A stretch of DNA of 64,000 nt from NCBI GenBank assembly GCA_963842525.1, contig CAWJGT010000003.1:1120001-1184000 (forward strand), read 5' to 3'. Each line of letters opens with the position of its first letter. Within the stretch, counting starts at the first letter, position 1. Made by a program: the position numbers and the translations under genes. The DNA comes from an uncultured Holophagales bacterium (GTDB lineage Bacteria; Acidobacteriota; Thermoanaerobaculia; Multivoradales; UBA5704). The notes below the pieces were generated by a model, which was not told the DNA's origin, did not search any database, and saw only the letters and a program-made list of their open reading frames with translations. Positions 20,542-29,772 of this stretch are shown piece after piece.

Positions 20542-20880
20542 ATGCTCCGTTCCACCGTCCTGCTCGCGGTTGCCGCAGCGCTCGCCGGCTGGGGTCGCCT
20601 GGCCGCGCAGTCCCCATCCGCTGCCGGTCTCGAGGCTCCGGATCTCACTCTGCCCGCGCTACGGTTGCCCGCCGGCGTGCGCCCGACCCGGTGGCCGCCG
20701 GCGCGAACTGGGCGGCTTTCAGGACGCCAAGCTCGCCCGCGCCCTCGCGCTCCTCCTCGACCCGAAGATCGACCTCCGCGACTCGGGCGGCCTCTTGCGG
20801 ACGGCAATGGAACGCCGCGAGACCCGCGAGCAGGCCTGGGACTTCTACAAGCAGCACTTCGCCGAGCTGGCCGCCGATGC
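20542..20880 (+). pseudogene. Internally deleted M1 aminopeptidase relic
   Basis: Signal peptide plus LRLPAGVRPTR (M1 N-terminus) joined out of frame to LGGFQD..LARALALLL..REQAWDFYKQHF (ERAP1_C-like); catalytic core absent. Confidence 0.65.
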
Positions 20881-21017
20881 AAGCTGCGTCGCCTCGCCGC
20901 TGCTCCGCAGAGGCGATTTAAGCTTGCGCCGAGGGACCGCCCGCTGTGCTCGGAAGCCTGCAGGGAGGCCAGTGAAGAATAACGATGACTAAGGATGACT
21001 AAGGAGGAGATTTCACC

Positions 21018-21614
21018 ATGGCCGACAGCGATTTGACGATCTACAACCCACAACAGATCACGGTGGCGGCGGAGATTTACTTGCCCAGCCAGGGAGTCCA
21101 GGGCAAGACCCTCGACGCCGGGGCGACATGGGTGATCTCCGACGGCGTCACCTCAGGGCAGTGGGTCGCCTTCTACAACCCGGAAACCGGCGAGCAACTG
21201 GCTGCGGCCCTGCTGCCGGACAATTCCACGATCGCCCAGTTGCTCCTGGAGGTAGGAATCGAGGGCCTTCTGCGCATGAATGCCCAGGAGCCCCTCACGG
21301 CGGCGAACGGGCTCGGCTCGGAGGTGACCGTCCGTGTCCAGGACGTGGGGGCTGCGACGGCACAGATCAAGAAGCTCGCCCCCAAGGGCCAGCAGGGGAG
21401 CAGCGCGAATTTCCGCTTCGCCGAGAAGGGTCAATGGCTGGGGTTTTACAATGACGACGACACCTATATCACCGGCACCCCGGCAGGCAGCTTCTCGATG
21501 GTGACTCTCGTCGCCCCGAGGCAACGCTTCGTGATCGGCAATCCGTACTCGGTCGGTGCCGATGTCGTCCCGGAAGGGTCGGTCCGTCTTACGCTACCGC
21601 CGATCACCGCGTGA
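21018..21614 (+). CDS. Hypothetical protein with internal two-fold repeat
   Basis: AAGGAGGAG RBS; GQWVAFYN and GQWLGFYN in two similar beta-rich halves. Confidence 0.8.
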   Translation: MADSDLTIYNPQQITVAAEIYLPSQGVQGKTLDAGATWVISDGVTSGQWVAFYNPETGEQLAAALLPDNSTIAQLLLEVGIEGLLRMNAQEPLTAANGLGSEVTVRVQDVGAATAQIKKLAPKGQQGSSANFRFAEKGQWLGFYNDDDTYITGTPAGSFSMVTLVAPRQRFVIGNPYSVGADVVPEGSVRLTLPPITA

Positions 21615-21691
21615 GGCGAAGCGTACTGCGGCTGCCACGGCGCGCCACAGCGCGGCCCTGCGCACCTGTCCTGTAGCAACCTGTCTGTACA

Positions 21692-21901
21692 GCCCTCAGA
21701 CGTCTCCAAGCTGCCCCTGAAGGCCGCCTGCTTGCCCCCAGGGGCAATGTGCCGGCCCTCAGGGGCAAGGTGCTCGCCCCTGAGGGCGACGGGTCTGCCC
21801 TTGAGGTCCACGTGCTCGCTCCTGACGGCAAGGCGCTTGCCCCTGAGGGCCGCGCTCCGAGCCTTGAGGGCCATGCGGAGGCCCCTGGGGGCAAGGGACG
21901 G
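21692..21901. repeat. Tandem array of ten 21-bp units (12-bp quasi-palindromic core GCCCCTGAGGGC + 9 variable bp)
   Basis: Cores start at 21692, 21713, 21734, 21755, 21776, 21797, 21818, 21839, 21860, 21881. Confidence 0.85.
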
Positions 21902-21916
21902 CCGCCGGGGCGCCGC

Positions 21917-21971
21917 TCAGTGCCCATCACCCTCCGTCGTAATCCACGGCGCGATGAAGAAGAGGCGCGCC
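21917..21971 (-). repeat. Duplicate of the last 55 bp of the NCS2 permease gene
   Basis: 49/55 identical to 22965-23019; encodes LFFIAPWITTEGDGH* vs LFLIAPWITTEGEGH*. Confidence 0.85.
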
Positions 21972-22101
21972 GATCTCCCCCTCCTCGGAAGCATCATGCT
22001 ATGGTCTCCCCGCAGCTCGACAGCCATCCAGGAATCGTAGGCCACCGCGTGAGCTCATCTGGCGCAGGATTTCCAAAGACCCTCTGAAGGAAGAGATCTC
22101 A

Positions 22102-22947
22102 ATGCTCACGATGGCTGTGTGGTTCTCCGCCATGACTCTGGCCGGCCTCGCGCCGGCCGCGCCTCCGGACCTTCACCGGACCGATTTCCGCAACTTCACC
22201 TATCAGCCGTCCTGCGCCGACTTCGAGTCGGCTGAAGCCAAGGTCCCCGTTCGAGTGGAGGCCGGCCGGTTCTACGGCAAGGAGGGGACGCCGACCGAGG
22301 GCGTCTTTTTCGAGGTCCAGGAGATCCTTTACGGCGACCTGACCGGAGACGGTAAAGACGAGGCCGTGGTGAGAACGCTCTGCAACACGGGCGGCACGGG
22401 ACAGTTCAACGAAGGGTTCGTCTACGGGATGCGCGACGGCAAGCCGGCCTTGTTGGGGAGGGTCCCCGGGGGAGACCGGGCCTCGGGCGGCGTGCGCTGC
22501 CTCCGCGTCGAGAACGGAGCGTTGACGGTCGAGCGGTTGGGCAACGACACCGGCGCAGCCCAGGGCGTCGACTGGATCGACAGCGAGACCTGGCGGCTCC
22601 GCAACGGCCGCCTGGAGGAAGCGGGCAAGGCGGTCCGGCGGCGGCTGGGGACCGGAGAAGGCGCCAAGCCGATCCGCTTCGCCAAGGGGAAGACCTCTGC
22701 GGTGGTCAAGGGAAAGATCAGCGGGACCGACGAGTATGTCCTGGGCGCCCGCGAGGGGCAGACGATGACTCTCAAAATATCCTCCCCGGCTGGCAACGCC
22801 GCCTTCGAAATCATGATCGACGACTACACCGTGGCCTGCCGCGGAACCGAGTGGACCGGCGAGCTACCGGCAAGCGGTAACTACCGCGTCTTGGTCCTCG
22901 CCACCCGCGGGACGGTCGAGTATGCGCTGGAGGTGTCGATCCGATAG
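22102..22947 (+). CDS. Secreted protein with C-terminal PPC/PliG-like beta-sandwich domain
   Basis: Signal peptide; DFRNFTY, YGDLTGDGKDEAVV; PIRFAKGKTSAVVKG..YVLGAREGQTM..LPASGNYRVLV. Confidence 0.75.
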   Translation: MLTMAVWFSAMTLAGLAPAAPPDLHRTDFRNFTYQPSCADFESAEAKVPVRVEAGRFYGKEGTPTEGVFFEVQEILYGDLTGDGKDEAVVRTLCNTGGTGQFNEGFVYGMRDGKPALLGRVPGGDRASGGVRCLRVENGALTVERLGNDTGAAQGVDWIDSETWRLRNGRLEEAGKAVRRRLGTGEGAKPIRFAKGKTSAVVKGKISGTDEYVLGAREGQTMTLKISSPAGNAAFEIMIDDYTVACRGTEWTGELPASGNYRVLVLATRGTVEYALEVSIR

Positions 22948-22964
22948 TGCACCGATCATGACCC

Positions 22965-24524
22965 TCAGTGCCCCTCCCCCTCCGTCGTGATCCACGGCGC
23001 GATCAGGAAGAGGCCCGCCATCGCTGCATAGCCGGCCACCCAGGGCCAGGCCGGGGTGAGCGAGACCACGGTGTCGGCCGGCGTCCACTGATAGGAATGC
23101 ATCAGGCCGAGCGCGGAGAGCACGGCTGCCGCGGCGCACCATAAGGCCGCGATGCGGAAGCGGCGTTCGAGGATGCCGACGGTCGCCGCGGCGAGGATCA
23201 TCGCGCTGAAGATGAAGCCCTGCTCCAGCGCGAAGGCGCCGTGGATCCAGGTGTCGGAGGCGAGAAGGGCCTGGACGAGCCCCTCTGAAAAGGGCGGTCC
23301 ACCTGGGAGGCCCACTCCAGCGGCGCGCAGACCGTTTTTCGCCATCAATGCTCCCCAGGCGGCGACGCCCGGCAGCAGGCCCACGACGACGGCGGGCGCG
23401 TGCTCGCGCGGCGTGGCCTGAAAGGCCTGTGCGGTAATCACAATGCCGATCCACAGCACGATCGCCATGCCGGCGTCGATCGGTATCGCCCAGGCAATGA
23501 CGGCGAGCGTTCCGGTGAGGCCGACCACGGCGAAGAAGAGCGCATTGAGGACTGAATAGCCGGCGCGCGCGCCGAGCGCCTTCCAGCCCGGATGGCCGAT
23601 GTAGATCGTGGTGGGGAAGCAGGAGCCGAAGAGCGCGGCGGCGAGCGTGCCAATCCCGTTGACCGCCATCGAGGGCCGGGTCGGATAGCTGTCGCCAGCG
23701 GCCTCGGCCGACTCGATGTTCTGGAACGAGCCGACCACATTGAAGAGGCCCATCGGCAGGATGACGGAGATGTAGGTCAGCCAGTGCGTGCTGGTGAGCG
23801 CCGCGAGGAGATCGTCCAGCACCGGCACGGGCGGGTAGAAGCCGGCCCACGTCTCTGGTGCCGCTCCCACCGGGGCGACGCCGGTGAGCCAGGCGATCAA
23901 GGTGCCGAGCGCCACCGCCACCAGGCCTCCAGGGAGCCCGCCGCGAAAGCGTACCCGGCCGAAATAGGTGAGCAGGACCACAGCCAGCGTGGTGAGCCCG
24001 ATCACCGGCCGTGCGAAGGTGCGGAAGAGAAAGCCGATCGAGATGAAGGTGAGGGCGATGCCGGCGAGGGTCGACAGCAGTGCCGCCCGCGGCGTCGCAC
24101 GGCGTACCCGTTCAGCCACGAAGGCGCCGGCGAGCTCGATCAGCCCGGAGCCGACGCAGGCGACGAGCCCGGCCTGCCACGCTACCCGCACCGGGTCCTC
24201 CGCACCGGCCGCCTGCGCGGCCAGCTTCGCAGGCAGCATGACGAGGAACACGTAGGCGAAGAGCGAGACCGTGTTGATCCCATAGGGCAGCGCACAGACG
24301 TCCGTCCGTCCCGTGGCCCGCCCCAGACGGACCGCCTGCCACGAGTAGAACAGGTTGCCCACCACCAGAGACACGACCGCGCCGGGGAGGACCCGGCCGT
24401 AGATCAGCTCGTTGGGGAAGCCGAGCACCGTCCGGCACAAAACGTCGATGAGCAGAAGCTGGACGAGGTTGTCGAGAGCCAGCCCGAAGAACCCGTCGAT
24501 GTCGCCGCGGACCATCCAACGCAT
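22965..24524 (-). CDS. NCS2-like (xanthine/uracil-type) permease
   Basis: GDIDGFFGL, ALPYGIN, NIESAEAAGD, TTIYIGHPGWKALGARAGYS; many TM helices. Confidence 0.88.
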   Translation of the reverse strand: MRWMVRGDIDGFFGLALDNLVQLLLIDVLCRTVLGFPNELIYGRVLPGAVVSLVVGNLFYSWQAVRLGRATGRTDVCALPYGINTVSLFAYVFLVMLPAKLAAQAAGAEDPVRVAWQAGLVACVGSGLIELAGAFVAERVRRATPRAALLSTLAGIALTFISIGFLFRTFARPVIGLTTLAVVLLTYFGRVRFRGGLPGGLVAVALGTLIAWLTGVAPVGAAPETWAGFYPPVPVLDDLLAALTSTHWLTYISVILPMGLFNVVGSFQNIESAEAAGDSYPTRPSMAVNGIGTLAAALFGSCFPTTIYIGHPGWKALGARAGYSVLNALFFAVVGLTGTLAVIAWAIPIDAGMAIVLWIGIVITAQAFQATPREHAPAVVVGLLPGVAAWGALMAKNGLRAAGVGLPGGPPFSEGLVQALLASDTWIHGAFALEQGFIFSAMILAAATVGILERRFRIAALWCAAAAVLSALGLMHSYQWTPADTVVSLTPAWPWVAGYAAMAGLFLIAPWITTEGEGH

Positions 24525-24623
24525 AGGAAACCTCCTCCCGGATTGGCGACGGGAGCGTATCGTAGAAGGGAGATCGGGAGTAGGCGTCGAGTTGGGGCTC
24601 GGTCTGAGCGGCGCGCCTGGCCG

Positions 24624-26219
24624 TCAGGGCGCTACATCCGCTTCGGCCGTGGTGATCTTGCTGCTCAACGGATCGAACAATGCCACGATGAGGTGTTGCG
24701 CGATCCGCCGCAGCTTGAGCCGGGCGTCGTACCGGACGTGGCCGCCTCCCCGGGGCGGTGCGCTGTCGAACGTGAAATGGAGCGGAATCACCGGAATCTC
24801 GGAGCGGTCGCCGCGGTCGTCCAGCGCCGCGACCCGCAGCTCCAGGTCGGCGACATAGCGGCCGCCGCCCACCGGCAGCACCGTGATCGAAGTCAGCGGA
24901 ATGGTCAGGCTCACAGGGACCTCCATCTCCTTGCGCCCCGCGCGCTTCGTCGCGCCGACCTCCATGGGCATGGAGGCCGTGTTTCCGCCGCCGAAGAGCA
25001 GGGAATGCTCCAGCATCATGGAGATTTCGCTGCGCCGCGACAGGTCGAGGAAGCCTGCGCGCGACCGCACCGTCAGGCCCGGGCGCAGCACCTCCACCTT
25101 GATGCGATGGCGCAGGTCGTTCTCCCGCCATGAGGGGGTGAAGCCGAGCCAGTAGTACGACCGCGTGTCGGCATGGGCTGTCCCCAGCGCTGCCAGGCGC
25201 GACTCGTTGAGCAGCGGCCGCCCGCCGGTTCCGGCGGCGATGGAGGTCAGGGCGGAGTGGATCTCCTCCTCGCGGTGCTCAACCTGCCCGGTGGAGGTGA
25301 AGGCGTCGGCGCCTACCGCTTCCCACCCGGGCACGTCCACCGGATAGATCGTGTAACCCAGCCGGTTGGCGGTGTCAGTCAGCGGCCCATAGAGATCGTT
25401 GTTCCAGGGCAGACGAGAGTCGTAGACAGGACCCAAGACATTGCCGGCATAGGCAGCAGGGGAGTCCGGCCAGCCACCGGCCAGCAGTAGGAGGACCTTG
25501 CGGCCAGGCGCCTTGGCGAAGGCGCGCAGCGTGGACACCGCGGCCATCACAGCGCGCTCGATCCGGTCGGTCAACTGCCTCGCATAGGCGACCTGGTCCA
25601 GGTCCAGCCCCGGGCCGCCTTCCGAGGCAAGGCGGCGGGAGGACTCCATGCTGCCCAGCTCCGCTTTGCGGTCGATGCCGTAAGCCCGCTGGGCCATGGC
25701 CTTGTCGATGGCTCGCGCCAGCCCCTCGGCCGAACCCGTCCAGGGGCCAAAGCTCTCCAGCCGCCGTCCGTCGTAGGCGACGAGGGTCATCCGGTCCTCC
25801 GGTCCCAGCCGGGTGACATCGGCCTTGAGGGCGCGCAGCACCTCATCGCGGCGAGCGCGCAGCGAGAACAGGTTGTCGATGAACACCAGATAGCTGGTGC
25901 CTACCGGGCCTTCCCCGACGAGGCTTGGAACGCCTGCCGGCTCCGGAGCGTTGGCGGTGGACGCGACGGCCTGGCCTTCTCTCACCTCGGTGAAGTACTC
26001 GATCGGCACCTCCCTGTCCGCGACGAACAGGCGGAAGTCACCGCGCCCCAGCCCCGGCACCCTGCCGCCCTCCCTGTCGGTGACGACGACCTCGAGGTTG
26101 ACCACCCGTACGTCGATCACCTCGCCGAAGGTGCTCACCTGTTGTGGATCTCCGCTGGGAACCTGTTCGGCGAAAGCGGGGAGAGCTGCGGCAAGCAACA
26201 GAGCAGTCAAGGTCTTCAT
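24624..26219 (-). CDS. Secreted VWA-domain protein (Acidobacterial VWFA-related type)
   Basis: VRVVNLEVVVTDREG..VPGL..DF, GRKVLLLL, TIYPVD, TGGR, YYWLGF, VRSRAGF. Confidence 0.88.
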   Translation of the reverse strand: MKTLTALLLAAALPAFAEQVPSGDPQQVSTFGEVIDVRVVNLEVVVTDREGGRVPGLGRGDFRLFVADREVPIEYFTEVREGQAVASTANAPEPAGVPSLVGEGPVGTSYLVFIDNLFSLRARRDEVLRALKADVTRLGPEDRMTLVAYDGRRLESFGPWTGSAEGLARAIDKAMAQRAYGIDRKAELGSMESSRRLASEGGPGLDLDQVAYARQLTDRIERAVMAAVSTLRAFAKAPGRKVLLLLAGGWPDSPAAYAGNVLGPVYDSRLPWNNDLYGPLTDTANRLGYTIYPVDVPGWEAVGADAFTSTGQVEHREEEIHSALTSIAAGTGGRPLLNESRLAALGTAHADTRSYYWLGFTPSWRENDLRHRIKVEVLRPGLTVRSRAGFLDLSRRSEISMMLEHSLLFGGGNTASMPMEVGATKRAGRKEMEVPVSLTIPLTSITVLPVGGGRYVADLELRVAALDDRGDRSEIPVIPLHFTFDSAPPRGGGHVRYDARLKLRRIAQHLIVALFDPLSSKITTAEADVAP

Positions 26220-26419
26220 ATGGCTCCTCTCTTCAGGGAGACCGGCGCAGGTACCACCTTGGTAAGGCCCTCTACGAGAAAATGCGGAACAGCCCAGAAG
26301 CATTTCGCGCCACCGGAACGGTCGGGGCGATGGGCGGGGGCGAACCCACTGCCCGCTCGCCCGGCCCAGGGTTCATACCCTGCGCTACCGAATGGCGCCT
26401 TCCGGGGTGGTGGGGGGGC

Positions 26420-26531
26420 CCTGGGACCGCGGGCGTCCCGCCCGCACGGACTTTCAGCGACCGCGGCGTTGCCGCCAACTCAACGCAGGTCCGAGCGTGG
26501 GGAGGGCGGGCGGGACGCCCGCGGTCCCAGG
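26420..26531. repeat. REP-like inverted repeat element, family B (preceded by a family-C remnant at ~26365-26406)
   Basis: CCTGGGACCGCGGGCGTCCCGCCCGC ... GCGGGCGGGACGCCCGCGGTCCCAGG. Confidence 0.8.
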
Positions 26532-26568
26532 AAGAAACTGGTCGTCCAGAGATTTTCGAGACCCCCTC

Positions 26569-27135
26569 TTAGCCGGCTGGGTTGGTGTGACGACCTCGGC
26601 GGCTCTTTGCGCGTTTCAGCCGAACCGATTTCGGCAAGACAGATCGAGGCTCGCACGTCCCGCGGAGGATTCTCAGAATCTCCCCTGCGATGGCCGCGAG
26701 CTCCGCGTCAATGCCGTTTCCACGCCGGGCTCCAAGAGGCCTGCGGTCCCGTGGCCGCATGTTGAGGCGAGCGAGCCAAGGGACCTCTTCCCAGCAGCAA
26801 TCGCCCACGAGGATCGGAAAAACGCGCAACCCTTCGCTATCCCCGCGGTAGAGCAACCGGGGAACCTCTTCATGCCGGATGAATTCCGAGTTGAGAAAAT
26901 CGACAGAAATCAGCAGAACGGCGACGGCTGCCAAGTCAATGGCTCGACAGATCTCGGCAAACCAATCACTACCGGCGGAAATGTTACCATCAGCCCATAC
27001 CTCAAGAATCTCTTGTCCTTGAAGAACGCTGAGATGTTTTACCAATCGATTCTTCAGCTTCTCGTCGTGATGCGAGAAGCTGATAAAAACGATCCTCTTT
27101 CGTTGAGTCGTCTTGGGAGCACGACCGCTGGGCAT
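26569..27135 (-). CDS. Stand-alone TIR domain protein
   Basis: VFISFSHHD, VWADGNISAGSDW, VLLISVDFLNSEFIRHEE, VFPILV. Confidence 0.88.
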   Translation of the reverse strand: MPSGRAPKTTQRKRIVFISFSHHDEKLKNRLVKHLSVLQGQEILEVWADGNISAGSDWFAEICRAIDLAAVAVLLISVDFLNSEFIRHEEVPRLLYRGDSEGLRVFPILVGDCCWEEVPWLARLNMRPRDRRPLGARRGNGIDAELAAIAGEILRILRGTCEPRSVLPKSVRLKRAKSRRGRHTNPAG

Positions 27136-28290
27136 CGACTACCCCTTTCGCGGTTCCTCAACCCGTTGATCGACGGAATGGCAATGATGCGTCGAATCTC
27201 TTGGTACTTGAAGCCGTCGACTGGCCCCTTCTCTACGAAGATCCAACGATGGGAGTTGGGCACGACCATCAAGCGGTTCGCTTTGGGAAGGCCGTAGCGC
27301 AACCGCCTGCTGCCTCGTGGCGGCGGATTGATCTTGATGAGGAACCACCGTGTTCCCCCGCGACCTTGGACCCCTTGCAAGGAGGTAAAGCACGCTTTTC
27401 CGCCCATAGAGTCCCACAGGCATCGAAGGCCTTTGAACTTCTTCGAATGCCGTTAGGCCTGTTGGCTGCGGTTGCATAGAGCCTCCGGAATGCCATAGCA
27501 GTAAAGGTCTCCAGCGTTGCAAGTACCTTTGCTCCTCAAATCAATGGTGCCTGGACCCCAGGGAAAAGCGAGACTTGTGGAGGTCTCGGGGATGGGACGC
27601 GATGGCTCGATCTCGAAGCGGCCACTCCTCTTGAAGCGTCTTCCCGACATGGCTGCCTTCGAGGCTAGTCATCACCGCTCTTCTTGTCAAGCCTGGCCCC
27701 CGCCCCGGGAGAATCTCGCCTACACCTGCGCAGTACCTTACCGTCGTTCTTGGACACGCCGAGTGGGCTTTTGTTGGGGAGGGATGGTCATTGTGCTTCA
27801 ATTCGCTCGCGTTCCAAACACCCACGCCTCTTCCATGAGGAGGAAATAGGCCGTATCCCCAATAACTGCAATCCAAGGGTAACCCAGTTGATAGAAGTTG
27901 CCGTAAGCAACGAGGCCATCACCCGCGACCTCTCAGTCGTAGATGATCCGCATCTCCGCCGATCCGTAATCGCATCACGTCTATGGACTCCGTCGCAGTT
28001 GAGATTCCCGCCATTGGGAGTACCCCAGACCGCCCCAGCCGCCCCGCCAAGCCTCCTTTCCGAGAAAGGAGGCTCCGCGCCCTCTGCTTCCGGTGCAGAG
28101 CCAGCTGCATCCCCTCCGAGAACAGCGAGGCCCAGCACGGTGGTAAGCCAAACGACTCGCACACTCTTTCATCACCGTCACTCCCTCACGGCATACCTGC
28201 CAGAGGCCTGCCGTTCGGCGGGGCCCCAACGAAGGCTTCTTTTAAGGCGCCAGTGATGTCGCTGACGCTTGCTCATGCAGAGTTCACAGC

Positions 28291-29772
28291 TCAGCCGGCT
28301 GGCGCTGGATTGAGGGCGACCTGGAAACGGGCGAAGTGGAGCTTCGCGAGTTCGGGTGGGATCTCGGGCTTGGGTTGCTCCCAGTACATGGGACGGATGA
28401 AACCCTCGCGCCCCTGCGCAAGGGCGTGCAGCCACTCCTCTTTCACGTGGGGAGAGAGGCTGGCCCGTGACGACCAGCAGAGCTGGAAGAGGTCCGCCTC
28501 CTCGATCTTCCGCAACAGCGCCGGATTCCACTCCTCGCCTGAACGCAGCTCCCGAACATCCCGCAGGTATTTGAAACCCAGGACGGTGTAGGCCTGCTCC
28601 AATTGATCGACCAGCAGCGAGTCCTTGTGGGAGTAGGAGACGAAGACCGACTGGTAGAGGGAGGCGGTGGCCCACTGGTCCGGCACCTCTCCCGCGTCCC
28701 CTTCGGCCAGCACACGCATCTGGAGCGGGATCTCCGCGACCAGGATGGGACCGACGAAGCAGCGCACGCTCCCGAGGAGCGGCATGCCAGGGGTCTGATC
28801 GGTGACAGAGCGGAATCGGAAGTTGGCGCGATGCCAGTCCTCGAGCCAGAGCACGGAGGTGCGCGGCGGGTTGAAGCGGCAGCCGGTCAGCTCGGGGACG
28901 AAGGTAATCTCGGCCTCGCGGGCGATCAGGCTGAGGGATTCAGCGCTGCTCTTGCGGAAGCCTCCCTTCTTCGCCCCCAGCACAGCCCGGCTGTCTTTCT
29001 CGATCTCCGCCAACGCGCTCGGCAGATGGCAATAGGCAAGGAGGGTGTGCCAGGCTCCCGGGCGCACAACGCGCGGCGCATAGGCGGAGAACTGGACCTC
29101 TTCGAGCGCCGGCTCCGCCTCCGAAGCGAGATCCACCCCGCCGCGCGTCAGCTCCGGGACCTCCGGCTCGCTGGAGCCGCTGGCCGGTGCATCAGGGGAG
29201 AGCACGCCCTCGGCTCCGATGCCGAACGACCGCAGGCCCCGCGTGGTGTCGAGCTCCAGCCGGCGTCCTTCAGGGAGGATCGCGACGGGTTCGTGGAAGA
29301 TCGGTCCGTGGAAGATCGGGATGTGTAGGACTGAAGTCTGCGGCTTCTGACCGCGCTCCCGCAACTCGACCCTGATTCCAATCATGGCCGGGTTCCAGGT
29401 CTCTTCCACGGCGCGGACCCGGAGACGGTCGCGGAATTCGTGGATTACGCTGGAGGCGCTGCGTTCCCCGATCCGCAACACCTGACCGCTGCCACCCGTG
29501 GCATTGGCGAACCGGAATGCCGAGCTTTCGAGGGTATAGACGGTCGAGAAGCTGCTCGCCGCGTTTGTCCGCAGACGGAATGAGACCGTGATGTCGCCGC
29601 CGGTTAGCGAAATGCTCTTCGGGTGGCAGTCGACACTTTCGAGGATCAGCACTCTATTCTCCACTTCTACCGGCACCGAGTCTTCATGCGGGCCCGTCGC
29701 ACCTTCGGAACTCTTATCGTGAGCGTTGGGCCGTCTGTCAGCGGCCGCTTCGCCGAGTTGGCAACACGCCAT
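28291..29772 (-). CDS. Protein with C-terminal TIR domain and unassigned N-terminal/middle beta-rich domains (start uncertain)
   Basis: VFVSYSHKD, LRSGEEW, FQLCWS..SPHVKEEW, IRPMYWE; overlaps stop of upstream gene. Confidence 0.85.
   Translation of the reverse strand: MACCQLGEAAADRRPNAHDKSSEGATGPHEDSVPVEVENRVLILESVDCHPKSISLTGGDITVSFRLRTNAASSFSTVYTLESSAFRFANATGGSGQVLRIGERSASSVIHEFRDRLRVRAVEETWNPAMIGIRVELRERGQKPQTSVLHIPIFHGPIFHEPVAILPEGRRLELDTTRGLRSFGIGAEGVLSPDAPASGSSEPEVPELTRGGVDLASEAEPALEEVQFSAYAPRVVRPGAWHTLLAYCHLPSALAEIEKDSRAVLGAKKGGFRKSSAESLSLIAREAEITFVPELTGCRFNPPRTSVLWLEDWHRANFRFRSVTDQTPGMPLLGSVRCFVGPILVAEIPLQMRVLAEGDAGEVPDQWATASLYQSVFVSYSHKDSLLVDQLEQAYTVLGFKYLRDVRELRSGEEWNPALLRKIEEADLFQLCWSSRASLSPHVKEEWLHALAQGREGFIRPMYWEQPKPEIPPELAKLHFARFQVALNPAPAG

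Noticed and set aside
21692-21901. CRISPR array
   Set aside because: Degenerate 12-bp repeats with 9-bp spacers are far below CRISPR dimensions, and no cas genes are present; the same applies to 51376-51640
27788-28162. 124-aa ORF with signal-like N-terminus
   Set aside because: Atypical composition and no recognisable motif; cannot be supported as a gene
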